From the NCBI GenBank assembly GCA_030041545.1, contig JASHNQ010000028.1:6150-70149 (forward strand): a stretch of DNA of 64,000 bases. Reading direction: 5' to 3'. Made by a program: the position numbers and the translations under genes. This DNA comes from a candidate division FCPU426 bacterium. GTDB taxonomy: Bacteria > Oederibacteriota > Muellerivitia > Muellerivitales > Muellerivitaceae. Of this stretch, positions 38,809 to 48,547 are shown in pieces. Position 1 is the stretch's first letter; every line of letters starts with the position of its first letter. Below the pieces are notes generated by a model. It was given only the letters and a program-made list of their open reading frames with translations, was not told where the DNA came from and searched no databases.

Positions 38809-39014
38809 ACGAGGTCTTCCTTTTCACGAATGATGGCCGTGTCGATCCCCCGCAGAGAACCCCGTAAGGAACGGACATCTTTGATAGGCACTAATTCCAG
38901 GCAACCCTCAAAAATAATGACCTCGAACTTTTGTCCGGGTTTAATGTGCATTTCTTTTCGGATCTCCTCAGGAATGACGACCTGGTATTTTGAGGAAACA
39001 GTGACGGCGCTCAT
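38805..39014 (-). CDS. AbrB/MazE-type antitoxin
   Basis: VSSKYQVVIPEEIR...IKPGQ; SD AAGGAGG; overlaps the PIN gene. Confidence 0.9.
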   Translation of the reverse strand: MSAVTVSSKYQVVIPEEIRKEMHIKPGQKFEVIIFEGCLELVPIKDVRSLRGSLRGIDTAIIREKEDLV

Positions 39015-39068
39015 GGGGCCTCCTTCGATAACCTATACGTTCAACGATAGCATGATCGATCCGGCAAT

Positions 39069-40472
39069 TCAAGACGTTTGCCCTATCCGTTCAGCGGCCG
39101 ACTGTCCGGCCGTGATGGTGTCAGGAATGCCCACACCCCTCAAACCGTTGCCCGCCAGGTAAAGCCCCTTGGTTTCCGAGGCCTTCCGCTCCAAGCGAGC
39201 AACCTGATCCAGGTGGCCGGGCCGGAAGTAGGACATGGACCCTTCGTATTTCGCCCAATGGTCCACAATGGGGGAACCCTTGAGATGGAGAACGGGCTTT
39301 AATTCCCCCAGCACCTTCTCCAAAACGGCGGATTCGCCCCGGCTCTTAATATCCTTTACCGCCTCGGCCCCCAGGAAAACCCTCAACAACACGCACTCCT
39401 CCGGCGCGCGGCCCTCGAACTTTTGGCTGGCGAAGGTACAGCCCACGATGAGTTTCTTTTCCCGGGCCGGCACCACGAAGCCGAAACCGTCCAGGGGATG
39501 GCCCACGTCCTTGCGGCGGAAGCCCAGGTTCAAGGTGGCCGAGTCATGGGCCGGGATGGTGGATAAAAGCTTGTCCCATTCGGGGCCTAAAGGACCCAAA
39601 AGGGGCCGCATCTTTGCGGGCTGGATGGCCAGGACCACCGCGTCGGCCTCCAAGGTGCGGCCCTGGGCGGCCACTTCCCAAGTGCCGTGGCCGGTGGGCT
39701 TAAGGGACTGGACGAGTGAATCCAGCCAAAGCGACTCGGGGAGGATTTGGGAAGCGAGAGCCTGCGCGAAGGTTTGCATGCCTTTTTTAAAACTCACGAA
39801 AAGGGAATAACGGGCGCCGGAAACCCGGGCTTGGGTGTTCAGCCGCCGGGCGGCCAGGGCTTTCAAGAGGGAGCCGTATTTCAGCTCCATTTCCCTGAAG
39901 CGGGGCACGCAGGCCGCCACGCTCAATTCGTCCGGATCGGCGTTATAGACGCCACCCACCAGGGGCTGGGCCAGGGCGTCCAGCACTTCCCGCCCCAGGC
40001 GGCGCCGGACGAAATCCCCCACACTTTCATCCGGGGGGTCTTTTCGAACCTTCACCAAGGGCTCCAAGGCGGCCCGTAGCTTGCCCATGGGTGAAAGAAG
40101 GGGGGTGGTCATCAAAGGCATCAGGCGGGAAGGCGCCAGCATATAGAAACCATCGGGGATGGGATAGAGTTTGGTTCCTTTTAATAATATGAAGGATTGT
40201 TCGAGACCCGGGTTGGTTTTGATCAACTGGCCTTCCAGACCCAGTTTCTTGCACAATTCCAGGGCGGCGGGCTTTTCCGTGATGAAACAGTCGGGCCCTT
40301 CCTCCATTAAGAAGCCGTCCTGCTCCACGGAGGCCAGGGTGCCCCCGGGCTTGTCCCCCGCGTCCAGGATGTTCAATTCCAAGGGAATGTTTTTTTCCTT
40401 GGAGAGTTCCTGGAGGCGTATGGCGCAAGCCAAACCGCTTACGCCAGCGCCGATGATGATTACCCTTAACAT
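39069..40472 (-). CDS. hemY: Protoporphyrinogen/coproporphyrinogen oxidase (HemY-type FAD enzyme)
   Basis: IIGAGVSGL, EEGPDCF, GFGFVVP, GVGIPD; operon context. Confidence 0.9.
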   Translation of the reverse strand: MLRVIIIGAGVSGLACAIRLQELSKEKNIPLELNILDAGDKPGGTLASVEQDGFLMEEGPDCFITEKPAALELCKKLGLEGQLIKTNPGLEQSFILLKGTKLYPIPDGFYMLAPSRLMPLMTTPLLSPMGKLRAALEPLVKVRKDPPDESVGDFVRRRLGREVLDALAQPLVGGVYNADPDELSVAACVPRFREMELKYGSLLKALAARRLNTQARVSGARYSLFVSFKKGMQTFAQALASQILPESLWLDSLVQSLKPTGHGTWEVAAQGRTLEADAVVLAIQPAKMRPLLGPLGPEWDKLLSTIPAHDSATLNLGFRRKDVGHPLDGFGFVVPAREKKLIVGCTFASQKFEGRAPEECVLLRVFLGAEAVKDIKSRGESAVLEKVLGELKPVLHLKGSPIVDHWAKYEGSMSYFRPGHLDQVARLERKASETKGLYLAGNGLRGVGIPDTITAGQSAAERIGQTS

Positions 40473-40493
40473 TTTAAAATCACTTTCATCACA

Positions 40494-41447
40494 TCAATGA
40501 CAGCTATTTTGTGAAGCTGACGCTTCTTCCACTAATGAAGAAAGCATCGCAATAAAAGCGGGGTGGGTCCCCACCGTCTTGGCGCGCACCATGTGCAATC
40601 CCTTCCATTTGGCCTTTTCGGCCGCCTTTACGTCGATGTCATACAGCACTTCCACGTGATCGACGAGAAAACCAACGGGCGCCACCACGCAGGCGGACAA
40701 ATCCTCGTAAGTGCGCCGGTCGATAAACTCGGTCAAATCCGGCTCCAGCCAGGGTTCCTCGGGCCGGCCCGAACGGCTGATGAAGGCCGCCTGGTAATAG
40801 GGCATGCCCACCTTGTGGGTGACCAGCTGGCAGGTTTCGTCGAGCTGGCGGGCATAAGGGGATTCCTGGGCCATTTTCTTGGAGATGCTGTGGGCGGTTA
40901 AAATCAACTCTGCGCGATGGCGAGCCTTTTCCGCGGCGGACAATTGCGCATAACCTTCCTTGACCCTGTCGGCGATGGCGTTGATGAAACCCGGCCGGTT
41001 GTGCCACTCGAGCGCGTAGGTGACTTGGGGCAGGGGCAGGCCCTGGGATTGGATGGACGCCAGGGCTTCCTCCGCCTTTTTCACGTACTTGTCGAAGGAA
41101 GCGGGGCTGCGGTGAGGCGCCATGATAATGGCGAAGACATTGGTTTTACCGGTGCGGGCGAGGCTTTCCAGCGTATCGGCAATGCGGGGGGAGGAATGGG
41201 CAAAACCCACATGAACGGGAACCTCCAGGCCCCGGGAGCTTAAAAGTTTTTGCAGGGCTTCGGCTTGCTCGCGGGTGAGTCGGTTGTAGGGTGAAACACC
41301 GCCGATTTGCTCGTATTGCTTGGCCACCAGCTTGAGCCGTTCGGGCGGTACGCCCCGGCCCGCGGTGACATCTTCCAGGAAAGGAACCACGTCCTCCGGC
41401 TTTTCCGGCCCCCCAAAACCGATGAGCACCACAGCGTCGAAATTCAA
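40494..41447 (-). CDS. hemH: Ferrochelatase
   Basis: FGGPE, GGVSP, TAHS, PWLEPD, GFLVDHVEVLYDID. Confidence 0.93.
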   Translation of the reverse strand: MNFDAVVLIGFGGPEKPEDVVPFLEDVTAGRGVPPERLKLVAKQYEQIGGVSPYNRLTREQAEALQKLLSSRGLEVPVHVGFAHSSPRIADTLESLARTGKTNVFAIIMAPHRSPASFDKYVKKAEEALASIQSQGLPLPQVTYALEWHNRPGFINAIADRVKEGYAQLSAAEKARHRAELILTAHSISKKMAQESPYARQLDETCQLVTHKVGMPYYQAAFISRSGRPEEPWLEPDLTEFIDRRTYEDLSACVVAPVGFLVDHVEVLYDIDVKAAEKAKWKGLHMVRAKTVGTHPAFIAMLSSLVEEASASQNSCH

Positions 41448-41470
41448 AAGATATCCCTAAAAAAATGATT

Positions 41471-41550
41471 TAACCGCGAAGGGCGTTAAGAAGGCCCAAG
41501 TATAACGAAATTTTTTCTTTTCTCCGCGAACTTCGGGCTCCGCGGTGAAG
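41471..41550. repeat. Palindromic element, 9-nt-period family, inside the hem operon
   Basis: TAACCGCGAAGGGCG ... CTCCGCGAACTTCGGGCTCCGCGGTGAA. Confidence 0.7.
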
Positions 41551-41553
41551 GAT

Positions 41554-43482
41554 TCAAGGTTTCCAGTTTTTGACCGTGTCGATCATGGCCCGGACGTTCT
41601 CCAGGGGCGTCTGGGGCAGGATGCCGTGGCCCAGGTTGAAGATGTGGCCGGGCCGCCCGCCCGCCTGGCGCAGCACATGTTCCGTTTCCATCTTCACCCG
41701 GATGGGTTCGGTCAGCAGGATTTCGGGGTTCAAATTGCCCTGAATAGCCACGTCGCCCAACTGTTTCCAGGCCTTGCCCAGGTCCACGCGCCAATCCACG
41801 CCGATGACCGTGGCGCCGGTTTGCCTGAGGTAGGGGTAAAAAGGCGCGGTCTGGGTCCCGAAATAAACGACGGGGATGCCCGGCTTGAGGCCTTGGATGA
41901 GGGCCTTCAGGTAGGGGAGGGCCAGGCGCTGGAACTCCTCGGGGGTAAGGATGCCCACCCAGGAATCGAACAACTGCACGGCCTGGGCCCCGGCGTTGAT
42001 TTGGGCGTTCAGGTAGGAAACCGTGGCCTCCACCAGCCGCCTCATGAGCCCGTCCCAAACCTTGATGTCCGCCATGACGGAGCGGGTATGGTAATAGTCC
42101 TTGGAGCCGCCGCCTTCGATCAAGTAAGAAGCCAGCGTGAAAGGGGCGCCCGCGAAACCGATAAGGGGGATGTCGGGCTTCAGGCCGGAGCGGATCAGGC
42201 GCACGGCCTGCATCACGTAACCCAGGTCGAATTCGCCATCCACCGGCTCCAGCCGAAGGAGATCTTCCGGCGACCGGAAGGGATTGTGGATCTGGGGCCC
42301 GCTGTTCTCCTCAAAGGTGAGCTGGAAACCCAGCGGCTCGGCGATCAGGAGAATATCGGCGAAGAGGATGGCGGCGTCCACGTCCAGGGCCTGTTGGGCC
42401 GTGACGGTCACTTCGGCGGCCAGTTCGGAGGTCTTGCACAGTTCCATGAACGAAACCTTGGCCCTCACCGACCGGTATTCGGGAAGGTACCGGCCCGCCT
42501 GGCGCATGATCCAAAGCGGCGTGCGGGACGTGGGCTCCTTGCGGCAGGCCTTCAGGAAGAGGCTGTTCTGGATGGTCGTGGGGACGGTCCGCGTTTCGCC
42601 GGGCTGGACGCGGACGGAGGCGGCGATTTTATTTTGGCGGAGCTCCTGGCATTTTTCCGCGACTTCCTTGACCAGGAAGCCCATTTTGGGGTGCTCGGGC
42701 TCCAAATCCACCGTCAAGCCCGCTTCCCGCAAGGCTTCGCTGCAAACCGATCCCACGGAAGCCACCACCATCCGGTTCAAAGCGTCCCTGACCTTTTCCT
42801 CCAAGCCGATTCCCTTGGCCACCTGGAGGACGTTTTGGATCTGGTTGGCGCTCGTAAACAGCGCCACCGCCGCTTCGCCCGCCACGATGGATTCCACCAG
42901 GTGGATGAGCGGCCGGGTGTCCTGGGGCAGGGCCCATTTATAAACCGGCACGCTCACGATGTCCCTCGCGCCCCGCGCGCGAAGGGCGTCGATGAATTCA
43001 GGGTTGGAAACGCCGTATTCCTGGACGGCCACGTTAAGCCCCTTGACCGGGTGCTGGTGGTCCATGGCGTCCAAAATCTCCCGCCAAGTGTTGGGTTCGG
43101 ACACCACCACCGAGGGCCGCATCTTCCTTTCCGAAAGCGCCTTGACCGACTTGGGCCCCCGTGGCACCAGGGTGGCGTGTTTGAAGGCTTTTTGGATGCG
43201 GGAAGGCGCGTAGTTGGATTCCAGGGCGTCAAAGAGGATGCGGGTACCCACGCCGGTCATGAAGACGATGACATCCACGTTGCCCTGCTGGAGGCTTTCG
43301 AAAAACCGGAAGGCGGGCTTGTTCTCCGAAAGGGGGACTTCCCTCATCGAGGGCGCCACCCGCGGCACGCCGCCCTGGCGGGTGATCAGCTCTTCCATCT
43401 CCTTGGCCATGCGACTTTCGAAAGCCGCGACGACCAGGCCCTCAAAGCCATGGGTTTCGGTTTCATTTGTGGTTGGGTTCAT
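41554..43482 (-). CDS. hemE: Uroporphyrinogen-III synthase (HemD) - uroporphyrinogen decarboxylase (HemE) fusion
   Basis: N-half FESR, FMTGVG, RGPK, VYKW, FTSA; C-half PLWIMRQAGRYLPEY, GFAGAPFTLASY, QLFDSW, IFNLGHG. Confidence 0.92.
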   Translation of the reverse strand: MNPTTNETETHGFEGLVVAAFESRMAKEMEELITRQGGVPRVAPSMREVPLSENKPAFRFFESLQQGNVDVIVFMTGVGTRILFDALESNYAPSRIQKAFKHATLVPRGPKSVKALSERKMRPSVVVSEPNTWREILDAMDHQHPVKGLNVAVQEYGVSNPEFIDALRARGARDIVSVPVYKWALPQDTRPLIHLVESIVAGEAAVALFTSANQIQNVLQVAKGIGLEEKVRDALNRMVVASVGSVCSEALREAGLTVDLEPEHPKMGFLVKEVAEKCQELRQNKIAASVRVQPGETRTVPTTIQNSLFLKACRKEPTSRTPLWIMRQAGRYLPEYRSVRAKVSFMELCKTSELAAEVTVTAQQALDVDAAILFADILLIAEPLGFQLTFEENSGPQIHNPFRSPEDLLRLEPVDGEFDLGYVMQAVRLIRSGLKPDIPLIGFAGAPFTLASYLIEGGGSKDYYHTRSVMADIKVWDGLMRRLVEATVSYLNAQINAGAQAVQLFDSWVGILTPEEFQRLALPYLKALIQGLKPGIPVVYFGTQTAPFYPYLRQTGATVIGVDWRVDLGKAWKQLGDVAIQGNLNPEILLTEPIRVKMETEHVLRQAGGRPGHIFNLGHGILPQTPLENVRAMIDTVKNWKP

Positions 43483-43615
43483 GCCGCCGCTCTTACGGAA
43501 ATATCCAAAGGAGTGACCTGTCTTTCCGGAACGGTCCTTCGAGGGGGCCGGGGAAAGGGGCAGGGGCAGTATAGCAGACAGTGAAGAACGGCTAAATCCA
43601 TTGTCCAACACCCGG

Positions 43616-45754
43616 TTAAGGGGAGGGGGCGGGGTTTCCCGATAAACGCCGGCGCAGGACCTGAAGATTGCCGGCGGGCGTTGAAAAAGAGGGGTTGGCT
43701 TGGACAGCCTCCTCAAAGGCTTTTTCAGCCTCGGGATAAAGGCGCATGAGCGTCAAGCAGCTCCCATATTCGTTCAGCAGGTGGGCCGCGGGATAACCCC
43801 GCCCTAGGGCCTGGCGCAAGGCTTGGAAAGCCGATTCGAAATCCACCCATTTTTGCCTGTCGCCAAAGGCGCCGTTTTGAAAATAGAGGTAGTAGGTTTT
43901 TTCCCAATAACAGGATTCCAGGAAAGGGTCGCCCCGCATCAAATTGTAAGATTGGGTCAAGGCTTGAAGGGGCTTGGAATAATCCGTTCCCGTGGGCCGG
44001 TTGAGGAAGGCGTAAGCGACTTCCCCGAAGGCGTTGTTCGCCTTGAACCAGGCTTCCAGGTCCGGGCCGGGGATGGAAGCCAGGGGGAAAATCCCCAAGC
44101 CCAACCCGCCGTCCGGCCGGTCCAAGTCCCCGGAGAGCTGGAACCACCGCCCGCCGGGGAAACGCCCCAGAAGGAATGGCCGGTAGTTGTCGTTGGCCAA
44201 AACCGCGAACCACCGGGGATGGGAGAAATGGATTTGGGGATTTATAAGCAAATTGAAGGGATAAGACGCCACAGTCAAGGAGGGGTCGGACATGTCGCAA
44301 GGGAAATTTTGGAAAAGGTATCCCGGGCCCCAGGCGCCGGCCGCCTGTTGCAGGATGCGGTAAGCCCTCTCGTTTTCGGGTGATTTGTAGAAACTCCAGG
44401 AAGGGCCGGGGTTTTCCCAATGGCGCTGGCAGGGGCCCAAGAGATGGTAACCGTTGAGGGCGGCCACGGCCGTGAGGGTCATACCGAAAAACCAAGAACG
44501 ATACCGGGATTTCAAGCTCAAGGCCAGGCTTTGGCAGCCCGCCGCGGCCAGAAACAGGACAAAGGGAAAGACCAGGAACACGCGGAAAAATTCCAGGTTG
44601 CCGGAGAGCATTCCCGGAAGCAGGGACAAGGCCATGACGGCGCCCGTCCATTTCCAGGTTGGATTTTTCCGGTCGCGCCAAGCATGGCGGATTCCCATGA
44701 AGAACAGGGCCGAGGTAAGGGGATCGAAAAGGCCGCCCCAATAGGGCCCATAATAATCCCCCTCCGTTTTTCCCCAGAAAAGGCCGGTTAGATAGGAAGC
44801 GGAAACAAGGAACTGATGGGAACTTAAAGAAGAAAGATTCCCCTCTTTGATGGTTCCTATATAACTCCCGTAATGTTCCTGAAGCGCGCTGAAGAGGAAG
44901 GGGAGGGCGGTTACAGAAAAAGAAACGGCAAGAACGGACAAGGAACGGATGTCTTTGTGGAACTTGGCCCCAGCTGTCGCCAAAATCCATAGGGCCAAGG
45001 GCAGCCAAGCGGGGGGATAGATATAAAAACCCAAAGCCAGGACAACACCGAAGAGGGCCGCGGTTTTTCTTGAGAACTTGGCCGAACCTCCGGCCAGGAC
45101 TTTCCCAAGTAAAAAAAGCGCCCCCAGTTCAATGGGCGGGACAAAGATGGTACTGATGCCGATTCTGCCGCTATATAGGCCCCAAAAAGCCAAGGACGCA
45201 AAACATGTCAAAAGGAGGGAAAAATCCCTGGGAAAAAAAGATCGCGCCGCAAGGTACCACAGCGGAAGGGTGAGGGCCGAAAGGAGGGCGGGGAGGCTCC
45301 ACAAGGTCCCGAGGGAGAGCCCAAAGCATTTGATCCACAGGGCCAAAACCCAGGGATAGGGGAAAGTAATTTGGGATGATGTGTAAAAGAAATGCCAGTC
45401 CCAATGGCGGCTGATATAGAGGCCAACGGCTGCGGTGCGGGATTCGTCCGGGGTGGGCCAGGTGGAAAAGGCCGTTAATTTATAAAAGCGCAGGAAAAGG
45501 CCCACACCCATAAAAAGAAGTCCCAGCCAAACCGGGAAATTGAAAGCGGACTCCGGCGGGTTTCCGGACGTTCCGGCGCTGCCCCTTTGGGACTTGGAGA
45601 AAAATGAAAGGAAAATCAAGGCCAACAAACCCGCCGCCCCGATCCACAGCTTGGTCACCAGGGAAAAGGGGCCCAGAGCCAAAAGGACATTGAGAATGAG
45701 GAAAAAAGAAAAACAAAGCCAGTCGGCCCATGGCGCGGGAAAACGGGGTCTCAT
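43616..45754 (-). CDS. ArnT/PMT-like (GT39/GT83) membrane glycosyltransferase with C-terminal TPR
   Basis: FLRFYKL...DE motif after TM helices; many TMs; C-terminal EAEKAFEEAVQANP. Confidence 0.75.
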   Translation of the reverse strand: MRPRFPAPWADWLCFSFFLILNVLLALGPFSLVTKLWIGAAGLLALIFLSFFSKSQRGSAGTSGNPPESAFNFPVWLGLLFMGVGLFLRFYKLTAFSTWPTPDESRTAAVGLYISRHWDWHFFYTSSQITFPYPWVLALWIKCFGLSLGTLWSLPALLSALTLPLWYLAARSFFPRDFSLLLTCFASLAFWGLYSGRIGISTIFVPPIELGALFLLGKVLAGGSAKFSRKTAALFGVVLALGFYIYPPAWLPLALWILATAGAKFHKDIRSLSVLAVSFSVTALPFLFSALQEHYGSYIGTIKEGNLSSLSSHQFLVSASYLTGLFWGKTEGDYYGPYWGGLFDPLTSALFFMGIRHAWRDRKNPTWKWTGAVMALSLLPGMLSGNLEFFRVFLVFPFVLFLAAAGCQSLALSLKSRYRSWFFGMTLTAVAALNGYHLLGPCQRHWENPGPSWSFYKSPENERAYRILQQAAGAWGPGYLFQNFPCDMSDPSLTVASYPFNLLINPQIHFSHPRWFAVLANDNYRPFLLGRFPGGRWFQLSGDLDRPDGGLGLGIFPLASIPGPDLEAWFKANNAFGEVAYAFLNRPTGTDYSKPLQALTQSYNLMRGDPFLESCYWEKTYYLYFQNGAFGDRQKWVDFESAFQALRQALGRGYPAAHLLNEYGSCLTLMRLYPEAEKAFEEAVQANPSFSTPAGNLQVLRRRLSGNPAPSP

Positions 45755-45795
45755 CGGGAAAAGTATAAATTTGAAAGGGGATTTAGAGGAGGAAT

Positions 45796-46665
45796 TTAAC
45801 GCGCGGAATTGACCTTGGGGGCTTCGTCCAGGCATTCCATCTCGATGCGGTAATCCAGCTTGGAAAGCACGTCCGTGCCCCGGAAGGTGCCCGAAACGGG
45901 GGCCGCGTCGGCGGGCAGGGGCCCGGAGGCCAGCGGAATATGCAGGTCGGAGACGGCCAGCCCTAAGCTGGGGTCATAACCCCGCCAGCCCGCGCCGGGG
46001 AGGTACACTTCCGCCCAGGCGTGGAGCTCCCGGGCATCCTTGGCGCCGGGCTCGAACTTGTACCCGCTCACGAAGCGCGCGGCCAAGCCCATGGAGCGGC
46101 AGATATCCACCAGCAGGACCGCCAGGTCACGGCAGGCGCCCTCGCGGCGCCTCAGGGTCTTGTGGGCGGGCAGGGCCTCCCCCGAGGACCGGAGGGTGTG
46201 TTGGAATTCCCGGAAGAGGTGATCGGTGGCTTGGAAAAGGAAGTTCAGCGCGTTGTCGTCGCTTTCCCTCAGGAGCTCCTGGGCCAGGTTGGCCACCGAG
46301 GGGTCGGGCGCGGGCTTGAGGTAGGAGGCGAGGATAGGCTGCTCGGACCCGTACTTGGCGGGCAGGCGAAGGACCATGGGATCGGTGATGAGGTAGTTGA
46401 AGGGGTTGCTCAGGGTGGTCTCCACCTTGAAGTGGGTTTGGACCGCGAAAGCGGAATGCTTGCCCGAGAACCAGGCCAGGGCCTCGTGGTTATTGTACAA
46501 ATCCAGCGACTCGGAGAGCCCGATGGGCGCGGGATCCACCCGCAGGCCGAAGGACTCGACGGCCTGGCTGAAGTCGCCCCGGGGTTTCAAGCGGATGGAG
46601 GTCGGCTCCAGGAACACTTCCTTGCTGTAGGTGTAGCGCAGCTGGTGGCGCACCTCAAACCGCAT
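45796..46665 (-). CDS. Transglutaminase family protein with N-terminal bacterial transglutaminase domain
   Basis: GACRDLA, ARFVSGY, LHAWAEVYLPGAGWRGYDP. Confidence 0.93.
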   Translation of the reverse strand: MRFEVRHQLRYTYSKEVFLEPTSIRLKPRGDFSQAVESFGLRVDPAPIGLSESLDLYNNHEALAWFSGKHSAFAVQTHFKVETTLSNPFNYLITDPMVLRLPAKYGSEQPILASYLKPAPDPSVANLAQELLRESDDNALNFLFQATDHLFREFQHTLRSSGEALPAHKTLRRREGACRDLAVLLVDICRSMGLAARFVSGYKFEPGAKDARELHAWAEVYLPGAGWRGYDPSLGLAVSDLHIPLASGPLPADAAPVSGTFRGTDVLSKLDYRIEMECLDEAPKVNSAR

Positions 46666-47407
46666 GGCTTTCCCCCCATTTGCGCGGCAGCTTGCCCAGC
46701 GCGGTTTCGGCCCAGGCTGCGGGGCATAGCTCCACGGTTTCCCGGACGCGTTTCTTCCACCACTCGGTCACTTCCCTCAGGTCCTCACGGTCATACCTCG
46801 TCTCGGTCATGCGGTTGGTGCCCTTGCGGTACAGCACCATGTCGATGGGGAAATCCACGTCGGTGGCGCTGGTGCGGGTGGCCTCGAAGGCCAGGTAACC
46901 CACCTTCATGGCCACCTCCATCGTCGAATCGTAATGAAGCGCCCGGTCCAAAAGCGGCTTGCCGTAGGCGGACTCGCCGATGGCGTAATAGGGCGTGCTT
47001 TCGGTCACCTCCACCCAGTTGCCCTGGGGGTAGATGAGGTAAAGCTTGTGCTCGGCGTCGTGCGAGAGCTGGCCGCCCATGATGGAAAAAAGGTTGAAGC
47101 CGTAGCCCGCCTCCTCCAGGGCCGCCTTGTCCTCCCGGATGACCCGCCGCACCTGCTCGGCGAAGGCGTTCACCGCGTGGTAGAGGTGGTGGTAGGGTTC
47201 CTTCTCGCCCTCCAGCCGCTCGTTGAAATAGGTCAGGGCCTTGTCGCGCGCCGAGCGCAACCCCGAGGTCATCAGGAAAAAGGCGTGGTTCCCGTTCTGG
47301 TGCAGCGAGACCTTGCGGCCCGTGATCTGCTCGGTGCCGCTGGTGATGCGGGTATCGGCCAGGGCCACCAGGCCCTCCTTCACTTTCATGGCGAGGCAAA
47401 AGGTCAT
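46655..47407 (-). CDS. Proteasome-type protease (Anbu)
   Basis: N-terminal MTFC with Thr1, DTRITSG, LIYPQGNW, IGESAYGKPLLDR. Confidence 0.92.
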   Translation of the reverse strand: MTFCLAMKVKEGLVALADTRITSGTEQITGRKVSLHQNGNHAFFLMTSGLRSARDKALTYFNERLEGEKEPYHHLYHAVNAFAEQVRRVIREDKAALEEAGYGFNLFSIMGGQLSHDAEHKLYLIYPQGNWVEVTESTPYYAIGESAYGKPLLDRALHYDSTMEVAMKVGYLAFEATRTSATDVDFPIDMVLYRKGTNRMTETRYDREDLREVTEWWKKRVRETVELCPAAWAETALGKLPRKWGESHAV

Positions 47408-48399
47408 TGGTCCATCCTTTCCATCGCGAGATCGGGCCCTGGAGCCGCCGGGGCCTGGGGCAAAAAATAAACCGTGAAAAGCGCGTCCCCCAAGGCGTTC
47501 AGTTTGGCCTCGAAGGCGTCCAGATACTCGTGCAGACCGGCGGCGATGATGCCGCCGATATCGGCGTACTCCAGATCGGACTTCAGGCGCCCCAGCCGCT
47601 GCTCCGCCAGGTTGGCGTAGGTGCCCGGGGCCGACCCGGTGAGGGCCCGCAGCGACTGCTCGGCCTGGATGAGGCAGTGGCGCATGGAGCGGGGGAATTC
47701 CCGGTCCAGGACCAGGAACTCGGCCACCTTCACGGGCTGAAGCCGGCCGTGTTTCTTGCGGTACATCTCGCTGGCGCTGGCGGACTTCAAGAGCGCGGTC
47801 CAGAGGATGTCGTCGTAGGGCGTGCCCACGTCCTCCACCTTGGGCAGCAGGATAAAGTACTTCACGTCCAGGATGCGGGCGGTCTTGTCCGCCCGCTCCA
47901 CCAGGCGGCCGATGTTGAAGAAGTGCCAGGCCTCGCCGTGGGAAAGGGTGGCGTCGGTCACGCCCGAAAAAAGGTGGCTGAGCATCTTCACGTTGCGGCA
48001 GAAGGTCTCCAGGGTTTCCAGGCCCGCGCCGGGTTTGTGCGCCATGCCCTGCACCATCAGGTAAAAGCTGTTAAGCTGCTCCCACATCTCGGAGGAAATG
48101 ACCTCGCGCATGGTGCGGGCGTTCTCGCGGGCCTTCTGGAGGCTGGAGTAGATGGAGTTGGGGTTGTCCGCGTCGAACATAAGGAACTGGATCACGCTGT
48201 CGCGGGCGGGCTCGCCGTAACGCCGCTCGAAATCCTGCGCGTCGCCGGTGGTGACCACCAGCGGCTGCCACTGCTGGTGGCCGTTCAATGGCGTGTCCAA
48301 GATCAGGTTCAAGTTGACGCCGATGAAGCGGGCCACGTTCTCGGCCCGCTCCACGTAGCGGCCCGTCCAGTAAAGGGAATCGGCCAGGCGGCTCAACAT
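47404..48399 (-). CDS. Alpha-E domain protein (DUF403)
   Basis: MLSRLADSLYWTGRYVERAE, ARENAR, ERADKTARILD, FPRS. Confidence 0.94.
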   Translation of the reverse strand: MLSRLADSLYWTGRYVERAENVARFIGVNLNLILDTPLNGHQQWQPLVVTTGDAQDFERRYGEPARDSVIQFLMFDADNPNSIYSSLQKARENARTMREVISSEMWEQLNSFYLMVQGMAHKPGAGLETLETFCRNVKMLSHLFSGVTDATLSHGEAWHFFNIGRLVERADKTARILDVKYFILLPKVEDVGTPYDDILWTALLKSASASEMYRKKHGRLQPVKVAEFLVLDREFPRSMRHCLIQAEQSLRALTGSAPGTYANLAEQRLGRLKSDLEYADIGGIIAAGLHEYLDAFEAKLNALGDALFTVYFLPQAPAAPGPDLAMERMDQ

Positions 48400-48423
48400 A
48401 AAGACACCCTGACGCCCAGTGCG

Positions 48424-48518
48424 GAGTGAGGAGTTAGAAGTGAGGAGTTTTTGATAATTTTCAGCAAAAGCTGAAAATTTACATTCACCCCTAACTCAAA
48501 ACTCCTAACTCCTAACTT
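48424..48518. repeat. Inverted heptamer-tandem element (GAGTTAG / CTAACTC) inside the Anbu operon
   Basis: GAGTGAG GAGTTAG AAGTGAG GAGTTTT ... CTAACTC AAAACTC CTAACTC CTAACTT. Confidence 0.85.
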
Positions 48519-48547
48519 GCTTGAATGAAAATTTTCACCCAGCTCCA

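Noticed and set aside
38434-39068. Neighbour-gene remnant flanking the first vapBC pair
   Set aside because: Looked for a duplicated hemY end or pseudouridine synthase fragment and found none, so the remnant pattern is not universal.
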